Part shown: positions 12,001-27,000 of the stretch, piece by piece
Position numbering within the stretch: position 1 is the stretch's first letter
Layout: each line of letters begins with the position of its first letter
From: Bugula neritina
Lineage: Eukaryota > Animalia > Bryozoa
Direction: 5' to 3'
Assembly: GCA_964035545.1 (NCBI GenBank)
Contig: OZ037772.1
Coordinates: 8,044,889-8,108,888 of the forward strand
DNA: 64,000 bases
Notes under the pieces: model-generated
Seen by the model: only the letters and a program-made list of their open reading frames with translations
Told to the model about the DNA's origin: nothing
Databases searched by the model: none
Program-made: the position numbers and the translations under genes

Positions 12001-15000
12001 CTCTGCATTAGTAATTAATGGAATTATTAAGTATGTACTTGAATCAGCATGTACTTGAACCATCAATTAAGACTTGAATCATTAAGTAGGACTTGAACCA
12101 ACGAGTATGTACTTGAATCACCAAGTACGACTTAAGTCAGAGAGTGCGTGAAATATAGTGTTTGCCATCATTAAGATTGTGTAACTAGTCAGTGCTAAAT
12201 GTTACTAAATTAAAAAAAGCAAATTTTCATCTTTGGGAGTGAATCATTTAGCAAATATTTCTCTAAAAGCAAAACCTGGTTGAATAATCTAAGTTTTGAA
12301 AAAATAATTTTATAGAAAAACAATATAAATATAACTACTGGCTAAAAGAAATGAACAATAAACTAGTAGAAGCTGCTAGGACTAAGGAAAGAAGAATGAG
12401 TCAGTTATAGTAAGTCAGTCATAGTGAGTCAGTCATAGTGAGTGAGTCATAGTGAGTCGACTTAAACTGAAGTCTATTGAGTCCTGTGCTTCATACCTGT
12501 ATACGGGCCATGCAGATCAGGTGCTATATCATATCATAACAAATAAATATAATAAATAAATATTATAATAAATAAATAAATCAAGTAAATATAATAAATG
12601 AAATTTGGTCGAATATCCACTGGAAAACTAAAAATTTGAATTTAGCAAACGAAATTCTCATTCTCAATAGAATTACAAGCCCGCTCCAAACTAAATGCCT
12701 GAACTTCTCAGCAAAACTTAGGCTATTATGCTACTTCTGTTGTCAATAGCTGTATAACTAAAGCGTGACATGCCCAATCTATGATATAGCCTAACATGGG
12801 AGCATTGCTATTGTGAATATACATTGATTGTGCGCAGTTTAATTAAATGGAAAGCAAATGTTGAAATAAATCAGCCTCAGTTCCAGGAGAACCGCACATT
12901 ATCTGTTCTCAGTCTATTTAGCACGGCTGTGTAGAAATAAAAAAAGCTGAATCTCTCAAACAGTTAAATCAGATAGTTAAGAAAGTTGAAAACTAAATTA
13001 AATCAACTTTATTTAGAATTTGTAAAAATATTTTCAAACAGTTTTAATTTTCTTTATAGTTTTCTCATTATGCTACTTATACAATTTGGTAATTAAGCAA
13101 GTATTATGTTGTTACAAGTGTTATATTATTTTATGCTAGGTTAGGTTAATCACTTCTAGCAGTAAATCATTCGGTTAAGCTAACGAGTGCAGCAAACCAA
13201 TCAAACGCAAGACGTTGTGTTTAACAGAAAGTCATGATGAAACATACTAAGAAGAGATGGTGGGCAGAGAAAAAAATTATCTCGCTTTTTAAATTATTTT
13301 TGGATACCACACGCCTTAGCCCAATATTTAGAAATAATTTATTTCATTAGGAAGATTGGCTTATTCATTAAAAATTTCTGTCCGATAAAGAAATAATCCA
13401 ACATGGCCACCGTTTGCTGTCCACAATCTCTCCTCAATTTGATGCACTCTGGGATGCATTCAACTAACTAACAAAATAAGTTAAAGTACCTGCAACTCCT
13501 GAGGCCACCATACCTTGAAATTACAACAAATAAAAGATACACTCACATATAACTCCTAACTAGCAACTGGCAACCAGCAACTAGCAACTAACTAGTTGCC
13601 AGTTGCTGGTTGCCAGTTGCTAACTATCACTAGCTAGCAAGTAATTACTGCTAATAATCAATAGTTGGCAAAAAGAGACAAATATCCAACATTTACTACT
13701 GACTAATAATTACTAGTCACTAGTCACTAGTCATAAATAATAGCTATTTACTACTAGTAAATAGAAGTAGTAACTGCTACCCTGTAAGTAATGGTCAGAA
13801 TGATAGATTGATTGTGTAAAAACAACGCCAATAAAACATGCAGAATTGTTTGAAGAGATTAACAAATATTGGTTGTGGGATTGTAATAGAGTCAGATACA
13901 AAGTAGAAGAGTATAAATTATATTATTAAGGTGAAAGATATACGGGTATTACACTCACCAACGCCTGCGACCATCGAAGCTATTCCTTCGTCAGCATTAG
14001 CTTCCTGTCATGACACAACGCTATGATTAGCACTTCACAGAAAATATACTAGTGTAATGTAGAGGTACATATAACATATACCATTGTTACTCACGCAATA
14101 ATACAGTATTCGTTACTATTTTACACAGATGTGACATTATATAACTATATCATAATAATCTAAAAGTATATATACAGCAGCATGTTATATAGAATATAGT
14201 CCAAATAAACAACCTTTTGACTCAGACTAGAGTGTTCCTCCTTTGTGATTGAGAGGTAGAAAAGCGTGTCGCCCTCCTGTAGGTTATAGTGTGGCCCAGG
14301 ATTCAAGAGTAACTTTGAATTCTCGTCGTTAGAATTCACTCCTATCAGACACACTCCGTACCTGAAAATACAGTGTAACACAACAATAATGTATCTCAAT
14401 AGCATTGTTTATCCAATAGTAGAGATGAGTCGGCTAAAAATAGAGAGAAGACAACTAATGAAAGAGATCAGTTGAGAATATAAAGTAGTTGATTAAGAAT
14501 AGAAAAAAGTTAGCTAAGGATAGAGAGAAGAAAGCTGAAAATCAGTTTAGAGTTAAGAGAACACAGCTAAGAATAAAAAAAAAATCGGTTGATATTAAAG
14601 AGAAGACAACTAAGCAGAAACAAAATTTGTTAATAGTAAAGAGAAAACAACTAATAAAGAAAAGTGAGTAGAGAGAAGACAACTAACATGCCTTCTATGA
14701 GCATTGAATGATGCATAGCTGAAGCTCTTTCCACAATAATCTTTAAAGAATATACTTTTGTACAGTTTAATCTCGTAGATTTCATTGCCGCTGCATTTAC
14801 CATACAGTTTTTGCCAGTCCTCCTTCCCACAATTCCCTTCACTACAACATGAACATTCTACCTTCAGTACAAAAGAGTGGACAGAGTAATATAGACTAAA
14901 CATTTATATGTCTCTACAAATTTCTCTGATATTGAAGAGTACGTTGGGACTAGAATATATACTTTATGTCACTATAGTTATTACCTCCAGTATAAAAGAG

Positions 15001-18000
15001 TACTTACTCTCCCCGGGAAGTGTGAAGAAGGAGGGTGATGAGAGCAGACGTTCCGGGGCAGAGACAGTTGTAAGCTAGTAGAGCGTACTTAAACTCGTCT
15101 TCACACACTACATGTTCTACAGCAGATACATGTCATACTGTAGTTGTAGTGTATAACACAAATAATACACACACGTGCACACACACGCACGCACGCACAC
15201 ACACACATGTATATCTACTACACACATGCATGTTATTAGCCGTATATAAAACAGCATAAAGTACCAAACACATAGAGATTAAACCAAATTGTAGTAACAA
15301 GCATCACATGTTAAAACAAAGAAAGTTAAACCTGAATAAACCATATCAACATTAATAAACTACGGCTAATAAAGCCAACTTCAGGTTCTATTGGAGTCAA
15401 GTAAAGTAGACCAAACAATTGCCATATAAATCTTGACAATACTGCTAAATAGTGTAATTGTCAGATGTAAATAATTATTTATCTTTCTATTAAATACTAT
15501 TACATTAGTTCATTTAGATTATTTACAAATACCAGGTATATTTCATCATCTTTACTCTAATTCGTGAATATTGTATGTAACCCTAATTGCAATTTACTGC
15601 ATAATTTCAAATATTTTGTTATATTGAACAAAATCAGCAATTATTGTTAACTGCTAGTTGTTAGTCTAACAGAAACCGTCAAGTGTTAAGCTACTCACTT
15701 GCAAACTTGACGTGGAACTTGTGTTCAGGGCGGAAAAGCTGGACATACTGGTCTACGCCCGGAGAATGGTCGCGGATAGCCCAGGATCTTAGTATAGTAT
15801 GCTCGTCCTACAAACAGCCCAACCCACATCAATCAGCTCTATGGAGCTAAGTCTATCAATATACAGTATAACTTACTAAACAGGGTGAATTCGGGGTAAA
15901 TAGGTGCAAGAATGAATAATTCAATAAATAATTTAATTATTCATGATTATGGTTCGTTTGTTCCTGAATTTGCACAGATTTCAGTAAAAATCAATTGCAA
16001 CGGTCAAAAAAACAGTTTGTGGTATATGAACAAACACGTATAATATGCATATAGGACTGAACATGAACATATATGTAGATTATATTATTATATTACAGTC
16101 TCAGTGCATGAACATACAGTATAACATGTAATACTGTGTATGCTTATATTACTGTCATACAATATTACCGCTACTGTACGATCAGATTGAGTCCGGGAAG
16201 CTAGGATGAAGCATCCTTCTGCTTCCTGCATTCTGCATCTCTGAAGGTCAAAGTCCTTTAGGGCGGAGCCTAAAATATCCAAACAGGAAGTAAACATTCT
16301 GTGAAAACTTACTGGCTTGTAGCGATTATTACGAAATAATATTCACACACGGTACCTTTTATGTAGATAACCCTTTGGGCCCAAATTGGAATCTGCAGGA
16401 TGATTTTGAGAGACTCTTCCATTTCCGAAGGAGACAAGAGAACGACATAATAGCCCTAGAAATAAGAATCCCGGTGACAATTATGGTGCAAAGATCATTG
16501 ATTGATTGATTGATTGATTGACTGATGTATTTATTTATTTATTTATTAAACATGAAAACATGTTACGAAATTCAGTGTCAACACTGGCTATAATAAGTAG
16601 AAATGAACAAAATTGGCAAAAGAAGTCAGAACTCTGTTGGGTTATTTAAAATAAGAGATCATTTAAAGTATTTACAAGATGTCATAAAAACTATCTCTTC
16701 CCCATGCTCCGCTATATTTAGAGGTAGGTGCAGTAATGGAGAAAATGAGAAAAACCTATGTTCTAGATTAGAAATTTAGCATAAGAAGTTACGTTCTGGA
16801 GAGAATTTCAACCCATGCCCCAAACCAAAACTTAACAATAAATTTAAAGAATTTAGGCAATCTCAAAATCTCCACTACTGCTCCTATATATATATTTAAT
16901 GGTTCGATATCTTCTAGAGAGGCATTGACTCAAAATCCCATTAATAAAATTGTATCCTATACATTTGATCTCTACTCTATGGATACTCACCTGAAGTTTA
17001 GGATGAGCGTAGAACTCATTGAGGAAGTCCATGACGGTGTCAGTGAGCAGATGCGTGGCGCAGACCACTACATGCTTCTCCGTCTGCGCTCGATGTCTAG
17101 AGTAACTGCCACCTTTCTTCTTCCTCTCCACCCAAGTGTACATGCACTTCTCTAACTAGGGAATGGGAAGATAACTCTCGTTTACATTCATGTCTAGTAG
17201 TCTAGTATTTCATGTAATGTTACGTTCTTGGAGTAACAAAAGTTGAACCACATTCATAGTAACAGCTACACTGTCTGCATGGTAACAGCTGTGTTGTTTC
17301 CATAGCTACAGCTGACTTGTCACCATAGTGACAGTTGCATTGTTTCTACAGCAACAGCTGTATTGTTTCCATGGTAACAGCTGTGTTGTCGCCATAGTAA
17401 CCATTAAATTGTCATTATGGTTACAGCTGCACTGCTTCCATGGACACACCTACACTGTTTCTATATTAACAACCACACTGTTTCCATGGTAACAGCTGCA
17501 CTGTCTCCATGGTAACAGCTTACCTGCATAGGGAGCACGGTGAGAGACACGCATATCATGAGCATCATGAAGAGTCTGCTGGGCCAGATGTCAGGGGAAA
17601 TGTCACCGTAGCCAACCGTGGAGAAGGTGACTATGACCAGCCACAGCGAATCAAACGGAGTCAGGTGTGCAGCACTTCCTCTCTGTAGGTGCTGTATGCC
17701 ACAAGCACTGTAATATAGCAGCAGCTGGATCAGTGTAACTACAGTACTACATTAACTACAACAGTACTACATTAACTACAACAGTGCTACATTAACTACA
17801 ACAGTACTACATTAACTACAACAGTATTATATTAACTACAACAGTGCTACATTAACTACAACAATAACTACATTAACTACAACAGTACTACATTAACTAC
17901 AACAGTAACTACATTAACTACAACAATAACTACAACAGTATTATATTAACTACAACAGTGCTACATTATCCACAACATTGCCACAATAACTACAACAGTA

Positions 18001-21000
18001 TTATACCAACTACAACAGCTCAACTACAAAAGTACCACAATAACTACAACAATACCACGTTAACTAAAACAGTATTAGAGAAACTACGACATTAACTACA
18101 CCTATCTATAAAAAACTATTGGAGTATTGTTTCATTGATTTCTTTTGTTTATGTTTGGGAGCAAATTTGACTACATATTCAGTATATAAGATAATTGTAT
18201 TATTTACAAATACTACATAGTGTAAACAAGGAGTGTATACAGAATATTCAGCCAACACCGGAGGGGGGTGTACTACCTTATGAATATGATGGTGATTATA
18301 GTTGCCATCAGAACTGTCAGTTGGTGAGAGAGGGGGGACTGAGCTCTATTAATAACTCTGTGAACATCATTCTACAAATCAAGAAGTCACAAAATCAGCA
18401 TTTCAACAGAAATGGCAAATTAATAGCATTTCCGAATATCGTCAAGGTAGGTGCAGTAATGGAGAAATTGAGAAAAGCCTGTGTTCTAGATTAGAAATGT
18501 AGCAAAAGAAGTTATGTTCTTGCAAAAATTTCATGCCGCGGCCCAAATCAAAAAATTAATACAGAAATTTAAAAAACTTGGACTATCTCAATTCCTCCAC
18601 TACTGCCCTAAATGAAATCTTCTACTAAATAATTTAAAAGCAACCCTAACGCTCCTGTACTAAAAATAAAGTATACAACTTTATAACTTTATTAATAATA
18701 GTAATGATAAAAGACATTAAAGGAAGTTGACATGTTGAAGTTATAGTTACAACTCAGAATACTTACGAATATATGTTCCAGTATAGACTTGGCCAGCCAC
18801 ATGTTGAGGAAAACTGGTATAAATAGATTCTTCAGCCGACTGTACCAAAGTAACTACAAGAAAGTATAACCAAAGTAACTACAAGAAAGTATAACCAAAG
18901 TAACTACAAGAAAGTATAACCAAAGTAACTACAAGAAAGTATAACCAAAGTAACTACAAGAAAGTATAACCAAAGTAACTACAAGAAAGTATAACCAAAG
19001 TAACTACAAGAAAGTATAACCAAAGTAACTACAAGAAAGTATAACCAAAGTAACTACAAGAAAGTATAACCAAAGTAACTACAAGAAAGTGTAACCAAAG
19101 TAACTACAAGAAAGTATAACCAGAGTAACTACAAGCAAGTATAACCAAAGTAATTACAAGAAAGTATAACCAAAGTAACTACAAGAAAGTATAACCAAAG
19201 TAACTACAAGAAAGTATAACCAAAGTAACTACAAGAAAGTATAACCAAAGTAACTACAAGAAAGTATAACCAAAGTAACTACAAGAAAGTATAACCAAAG
19301 TAACTCCAATAAAGTATAACCAAAGTAACTACAAGAAAGTATAACCAAAGTAACTACAAGAAAGTATAACCAAAGTAACTACAATAAAGTATAACCAAAG
19401 TAACTACAAGAAAGTATAACCAGAGTAACTACAAGCAAGTATAACCAAAGTAATTACAAGAAAGTATAACCAAAGTAACTACAAGAAAGTATAACCAAAG
19501 TAACTACAAGAAAGTATAACCAAAGTAACTACAAGAAAGTGTAACCAAAGTAACTACAAGCAAGTATAATAAACAAATTAGATACTACTACTACTATTAG
19601 TACCACTACTACTAGCAATACTACTACTACTAGTACTGGTACTACTACTGATGCTGCTATTACTACTGACTTTAGGTAAACGTGTTTTTAACCCCAAACT
19701 CCCACCCCCTCACCTGAAACCCAAGCCCTCAACCCTTAACCCCAAACCCTAATATTGAAAATGTGCGATTTTTACTTACTTTGCCATTTGTGCCATTATT
19801 ACCTGTGCCATTATTACCTGTGCCATTATTACCTGTGCCATTATTAACTGTGCCATTATTACCTGTGCCATTATTACCTGTGCCATTATTACCTGACATC
19901 GCTACTACTACCACTACTACTACTACTTTTACTACTTCTGTTGCTACCACCACTATTATTGATTCTGCTGCTACTACTATTGTTATTATTGCTATCTAGC
20001 TAGTTATAGTATTAGTATTCCTATTAGTATACCTAATGTTACTGCTACTAGTACTAATAGTTTTGCACGATCAATATGATAACCAGTGACTCACTGTAGC
20101 TATAAATGGAACTGTTGTGATAATCTCTAAGATGAAGGTCCATCTAAGTAGCTGCTGGCGTATATTTCCCTTGTAAGACAGATAAGTTAGTAAAATAGTT
20201 TGGAAAAGACTGATGAACGCTATAATCACGTGTATTGTGTAGAGGGCCAGGTGTCTGTTCACCCACCATATGCAGTCCCTGTGAATAAAGAACCACAGCT
20301 ATAAGTAACTCACAATATTTTACTCGGGCAAAACTTCTCATTTAGGTACAGTAGTGGAGAAATTGAGATAGCCCAAGTTCTTTATTTGCTTTTATTAAAT
20401 TTTGGTTTAGGGTGAGGGTTGAAATTTTTGCAACACAACTTCTTTTGCTACATTTCCAATCTAGAACACAGGCTTTTTCAATTTCTCCATTGCTGCACCT
20501 ACTGCAAACATTTTTAAAAAGAATTTCTCAATTAATGGAAACTTCAGACGTTATAAAAGTGGGGACACAGAGACTAAGTTTACTGCAAAGCAGGAACTTT
20601 TAATTAGCCTAGTTCTAGTAGAACTTTGAAGCATGAAAAGTTGTCTGACGAGCAATCACGTCTCAAACCCTACCTCCAAATGAGAATTTAAAAACTCAAG
20701 CTAAGCAAATATCTACTCAACAGGAACTGCCCAGCGATGGCCAATCAGAAACCTGTTTATTCAAGCACTCTATTTCCACGGTTCCAATTGATTTTGTTTC
20801 AAATGGATTCTCGTTTGGGTTACATCAAATGACAAAACCACATATTCCTATCTAACTCATAAAAAAGACAACTTCAAATTAATCAGGTCTTTAATTAACC
20901 GAATGTAATTTTGTCCATAGATGTTGTGATTTCATCGAATGATGATGTTTCCATTGGAACAAGGACAAAACAATGGTGAGTTTAAATGCAATAAACTTTT

Positions 21001-24000
21001 GGCTCATTGCCAAAGTAAAGAAAAGATATTGTTGGAGCATGTTATAATAACACACACTCTGTGTTCTCACCATTCTATAGCATCAGGTCCATCACTTTTT
21101 GGCTCAGAACTACTGATGTTGAGAGAAGAAGAGAGGGTGACACACTCCGCCCTGTAAACGAGTAATGAAACATAAGGACCATAGGCTATGCAGACAATTG
21201 CAAAAATAGCAGTAATTATTACGTAAACAATCCTAAATCCAATAACCGTCAGCATCTCAGAGGCAGCAGAAACTGTTGAGTTGTGAATAATTTCGTTAAA
21301 TAAAAATGACTATGATATATATAATATATGATATAAAATATATTGTATTATACATTATATGATATAATATATAATATATAATAAATTATATATATATCAT
21401 ATTATCATAGGCTATATAATACATTATATGATACATTATATAAAGTACTATAATTATAATGTATTATATATAATATGTAACATATATAATGTAATATATT
21501 ATATTATAAAACCTTCAATGACTAAGATATTAAAACTACAATATAGTCGGATTTACTGTGTGCATTTCTAGCCATGTGATTGAAAAGATAGAATAGCTAA
21601 ATTCTGGAAAAAGATTGCAAAATAAAGGGGCGTAAACTGAACACCCGAACACTCACTTAATAGGATCCCCCTCCTCAAGCACTACTCTTATCACATACAG
21701 AAGGCACGTCAAAGTCTTAAGAACAAAATTGAAGAGTCGAATCCGAAGACCTGCAAACAAAGAAGGGGGCGTTGAGCAGACCTCCCCTAACCACTACAGG
21801 GTTGGCGTTATCACTATAACATGGACAAGTATCACTAGAAGCAGCACCGAGTTGATGGTAGCTTAGTACAGTATTTGTATACACATCAGTGTACGAACCC
21901 CCAAACCCCTATCTAACCACTGCACTCAGTGACCACCAACTCAGTGCTGCTTCAAGCCTATTTCAACATGGATGCGCTTTTCCCAAGCTACATCTGTGTA
22001 TGACAACCTTGAAGAGGGAATGATTGAGTATGCACTGTTAACTGAGCAGTTCATGTCATGTCATGTCTTGTAAATGAGTGATGACATGACTTATGGCACA
22101 GCTGCTGTGTAAACAGTACAGCATGCTGCTAACAATGAATTCATTGGTTCAGGGGAGATAATTGCTAAAATTATTCACGTATTATGTAGGTCAAAAGCTA
22201 TGAAAACGAGTTATACAGTTTGGCCCTGGTTCACCTCAGATGACAACCTGTCTTGTAGCTATACAATATGTCCATAGGTGGTTAGACTTGAACATATTTG
22301 TTGGTATATTTACCAGAATTACTGACATGCGCTTCATTATATTTGTTGCAAATATTTGAAGTTGAATAAATTTGTATCAAATGTCTCAAAAATCAATAGG
22401 AAGTGGCCAATTTTCTACCATCATAATTCGGAATATTATTATATAGAACTATATATAACCGTCTTGTGTAGAAGCGTAGAGCTATGTGTAGAAATGTAGA
22501 ACTATGTGCAGAACTATGTGTAGAAGTGTAGAGCTATGTGAAGAAGTGTAGAGCTATGTGTAGAAGTGTAGAGCCATGTGCAGAAGTGTAGAACTATGTT
22601 TAGAAATGTAGAGCTATGTGTGGAAGTGTAGAAGTGTAGAGCTATGTGTAGAAATGTAGAGCTAATAACTCACTTGAACGCTGATTCTTGATAAAGTATA
22701 ACTGTAATCTCTGCTTCAGGGATCTTTCATTAGTAAAAAACTCAACTTGAAATCTAAAAATAGCAACAAAACTGCTAAAAGCTAACAAAAAACATTTGAA
22801 GTCAATGAAAACAGAGTGAGCAGCAAAATGCAAAGAAAAGTAATTCCACCACATACATAGATGGCAGTGTGGTTTATCACTGGGATGCTTGCTTTATATC
22901 ATGATATATCATATAATATACTATAGCATAATTATCATTTATATTGTCGTATAATCTAATATAACTTAATATAGTATAACATCATACAATAATTGATATC
23001 ACATACTACAACATGACACTGCATATAATAAATAATATAACATCACGTAATGTAGTATAAGCATAATGTAATAGAACATAACATAATATATTATAATCAT
23101 AATATTTAAAATATTTAGGGAGCAGCCGTGGTCTAGGGGTTAAAGCGTTTGCTTTGTGAACACGAAGTTGTGGGTTCGAACCCCGACAAAGGCCATTGGT
23201 GATGTTAGGAAGAGCATCCAGTCATAATTGCTCCTGTGCCTCATTTAAACAAGTCCTTAGCCCGTTCTAGCAAAAACCAGGGGTTTCTCACAGGGATAGC
23301 GACTATAAACTTGCGTGAGTTTTTTATAGTATTTAAAATATTTGACATCAATTTGACAATCTGATGCAGATAAATAAGTGATTACGCAAGAGAGAGATGC
23401 AAGGTGCATATCAAGATCAAGTCAAATCTACTTGTATATATAACAACTAAACACCATAACAATAACAGTTATATAATATTATATAAAACTAAGTAACAAA
23501 ATAATACAATAAATAATTGATGACAAAGACACCACCTTTGAGAGACTCTTGAAAAACTGTGACTAAAATTCCGAACAAATACACCGCCTCGAGGATGCCT
23601 ACGGGGCGGGTCGGTAACTTTACTACCCTCAACCTCCATGGCATAGATCTAAGTCTACATAGATATCAACTAGCACTTGCTGCAGCTAGTCAAACACTGC
23701 CTGTTGTATATCCAGTCCTTACTGTACGCCCGTACGTTATTAAATAGCAATTGCAGTATGATGTACTGATGATATGATAGGCTATCAATAATGCATACCC
23801 CTAATTTATAGAGAAGTACCCTTATTATACTCAAAAATTGTTCTTATTAATACAAGGCATTGGCAGCAATGCCACTGTGTTATATATGAATCAGAGTAGA
23901 TGCAATCACCTAAAATTTTACCCACATACACTTCTTGCCAACACATGAAACTTCTGCCACATACGCAGTGAATTTCAATAACTGAACTGGCAACTTCGCA

Positions 24001-27000
24001 TATAAAATTCAAACTGATATTATTAGCCTACAGTTGTCATGGCAACACACATTGCTAATTATATAATTGGTCAATTCCCGTGGTCAATATTGACACACAA
24101 TACTTGTGATAGCAGCCAAAATTGCCCTACAAAAGCAGTGCCTTATACACATTATATTTCACAAATATCTTTGAAGGGAGGGCAACTCTCAATTACAATA
24201 GTCAACAGCAAACACAAACACAGTTAGGAGCAGTATTGGAGAAGTTGAGATAGCTCAAGTTCTTTAAATTTATCAATATATTTTGGTTTGAGGGGCGGGT
24301 TGAACTTCTTTCGAGAACATAACTTCTTTTACTACATTTCTAATCTACAACGCAGGCTTTCTCAATAATTTTCCATTACTGCACCTACCTCCAGAAATAC
24401 TCCTGCGTTTCCAGGGGAACCAAGATAAACAACATGACCAATTACATGATAAGTCAATTAGCATAGTATGAATATTTGATCCAAACAAACTAGGGGCTTA
24501 GATTAAAACTATTAGCAATATTATTGTTATTATTATACCACATGAACAAAATTTAAATAATGAAGTGATACAAGAATATGGACTTTCAATCATTTAGACA
24601 TATAAATTTCAATTTAGCTTTTAAATTTGACGAGCAAGTCCATCTATTGTCATTATAGAGCCATTTTTGCAAAAATTAAATTTCACTCAACAGCAAACCT
24701 GTGTTTGTAAAAATTGTACTACATGACCAGATTAACAGTATAATTATTAACATCATCAATACAAACGATCAATTTGTATAGGCTGTATATGCTGTTACTA
24801 GTAAACGCACTTATTCAAGTACGAAATGGGGTAAAACAATGTTAAATTTCATCTGAACTTTATTAAAACATAAATATTTGATTGAAACTTCAACTCTTGG
24901 GTCCATTCTTCATCATTTATTTATCATCATAAAGCATTTTAATAAATTCGGTCAACAATTGAACTTGAATTTTGGAAACTCGAATGACTATCAATTTTAG
25001 TACTCATATATAGAGTTTTTCAGTAGACATGATTTATTTAAAACTTCCTGTTTGCTCTGAAGTTTAGATGACATTCGTATTAAGACTAGGCCAATAAAAT
25101 AAGCTCGTGGGCAACACACCCAATTGTATTATTATTATTAGTTATATTGGTAATTATAGTAGCTAATATTAATTATTGGTTATAGTAAATATAATGTTAA
25201 TAGTAGTAGTAGAACTAGCATTATTACCTTTAGTTTTATTTTTGTAGCTAACAACTCATTTACAATAAATACTATTAACAATTAGTAATGGTAATAGAAA
25301 TCTGAATTATATAAGGGTTTGAAAAGATTAAAAGAAAGGCTCAAGCTAAAAACTAACCAGCATGTAATAACTATTCAGTAAAATCAGTAAAATTAAAATA
25401 ACAACTTCAACATGTAGTTTTTGTTTTATAAATATATAAATCTTTTTCACCATTGGTTAAACCTAAACTTTTAATTTATCTTGTGGCTAATCCTATACTA
25501 ATAGTAAAAGCCTACTGGAATAGTTGCAGCAGCAACTTGAAGTTAATTTATATATGACAATCACAGCCATAGTGATAGTTATACTTGAAATATACTGAAA
25601 CTTGTGCTATCATTTAGCTGCTATGGCTATGACTAAATTTTGATTATAATAACTTTAAATAATTTTAACATATTCTAAAAGTAAAAGTATAACATTAACT
25701 GTAAATTTAAGTGTTGCTTTAAGTCTAATATGAAGCAAGCTAGTCCATTACTTATACAGTTGCATGACATAATACTCATATACTGATAGTGATACTATTT
25801 AATAATATACCATAGACTATAGAGTGACACTGATACTAATAACTTTTAGTTTTATCACTATGATGATCATTACCATTGGCATTATGATATTGATAAAGTG
25901 ATTATATATGATTGTATTGCATTTTCAAGCTAACTCTAAATTTAATCTCATTTAAACTATAAATCAATGCTTTGAAAAGCTATAGTTTCAGTTTCTAAAT
26001 ATTTCGTGGCAGGAAATTGAATGATGTAAAAATAATTGATAGTCTTACATTTTTTTCTAATTTCAGTTGCAAAGCAAAAACTAGAATCTATTTCCAAAAA
26101 CCTTGACCTTAGCAACGAATTAAATAAGGAGTAATTAAGCTATTTTTTTTAAATTGGAATAAAGTTATAGTAGCTTTACTTCTGAGAAAACAACTTCTAA
26201 TTCACTGCAAAGTTGTTTTGAAACAATGGTAGTGGTAGGCCAACAATTGACTATATTTGTTACTTGTACATAAAAAGCTGAACCAATAAAATTATCATCA
26301 CAAAATCACCTAATAGCTACAAATCTGTGAATGATTTCTTTTACAATTTGAAATAATAATTGCAGAGCAAACATTTTATTACAATAAGGGTAATTTTTTG
26401 AAAACGTGCTGTGCTGAGCACATTTGATGTAACACACTTGTTCAAGATATTAAGGATGTTCCAAAACCTATAGGTAATCTTACTCATTGAACTAACCAAT
26501 TCAACTATCTTCAATATCTCCACACAAATTATAGATTTATAATTAAATATAAATTCATCTCTATTCATTACAATCAAATGCTCTTTAGATATTTGTTACC
26601 TAATTCCTCCATAATCGGATTGCATGCTGCAGAATATCTTGACAGAATGTAGCTATTAGTAGCAGAGATTAATTAGTACAAAACTCTAGCACATGCATCA
26701 TGAAGATCTGATGCTATAAGTCAGTCTCTCTAAAAATCGTGATATTTGATCTGCATAATATTTACTCATTGCAAACGCATTTACTCCAACCCCTTTCCCT
26801 CAACCAGTTCCAAACTCTCTCAAGCTTAAAGTATGAATCTTCAACTCTGGAATAGTTCTAGAAGCAACTCTAAGTCGGGGGTGACTGAGTGCAGTAGTTT
26901 GAGGTTCTTGGGTTTAGAGTTGGAGTTTATTAAGACTCCAACCCCCAACTCGGAGCTGCTTATAGAACCATTCGAATCTCTATGCACTCTGCATTCATTC

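Noticed and set aside
18844-19568. Recent intron gain by tandem duplication of a proto-splice site
   Set aside because: The array covers only the acceptor end, the intron has an unrelated donor and unique sequence, and from memory vertebrate KCNT genes have an intron at the equivalent position
19688-19752. Interstitial telomere-like TAACCC tract
   Set aside because: Too short and degenerate, with no run of exact telomeric units
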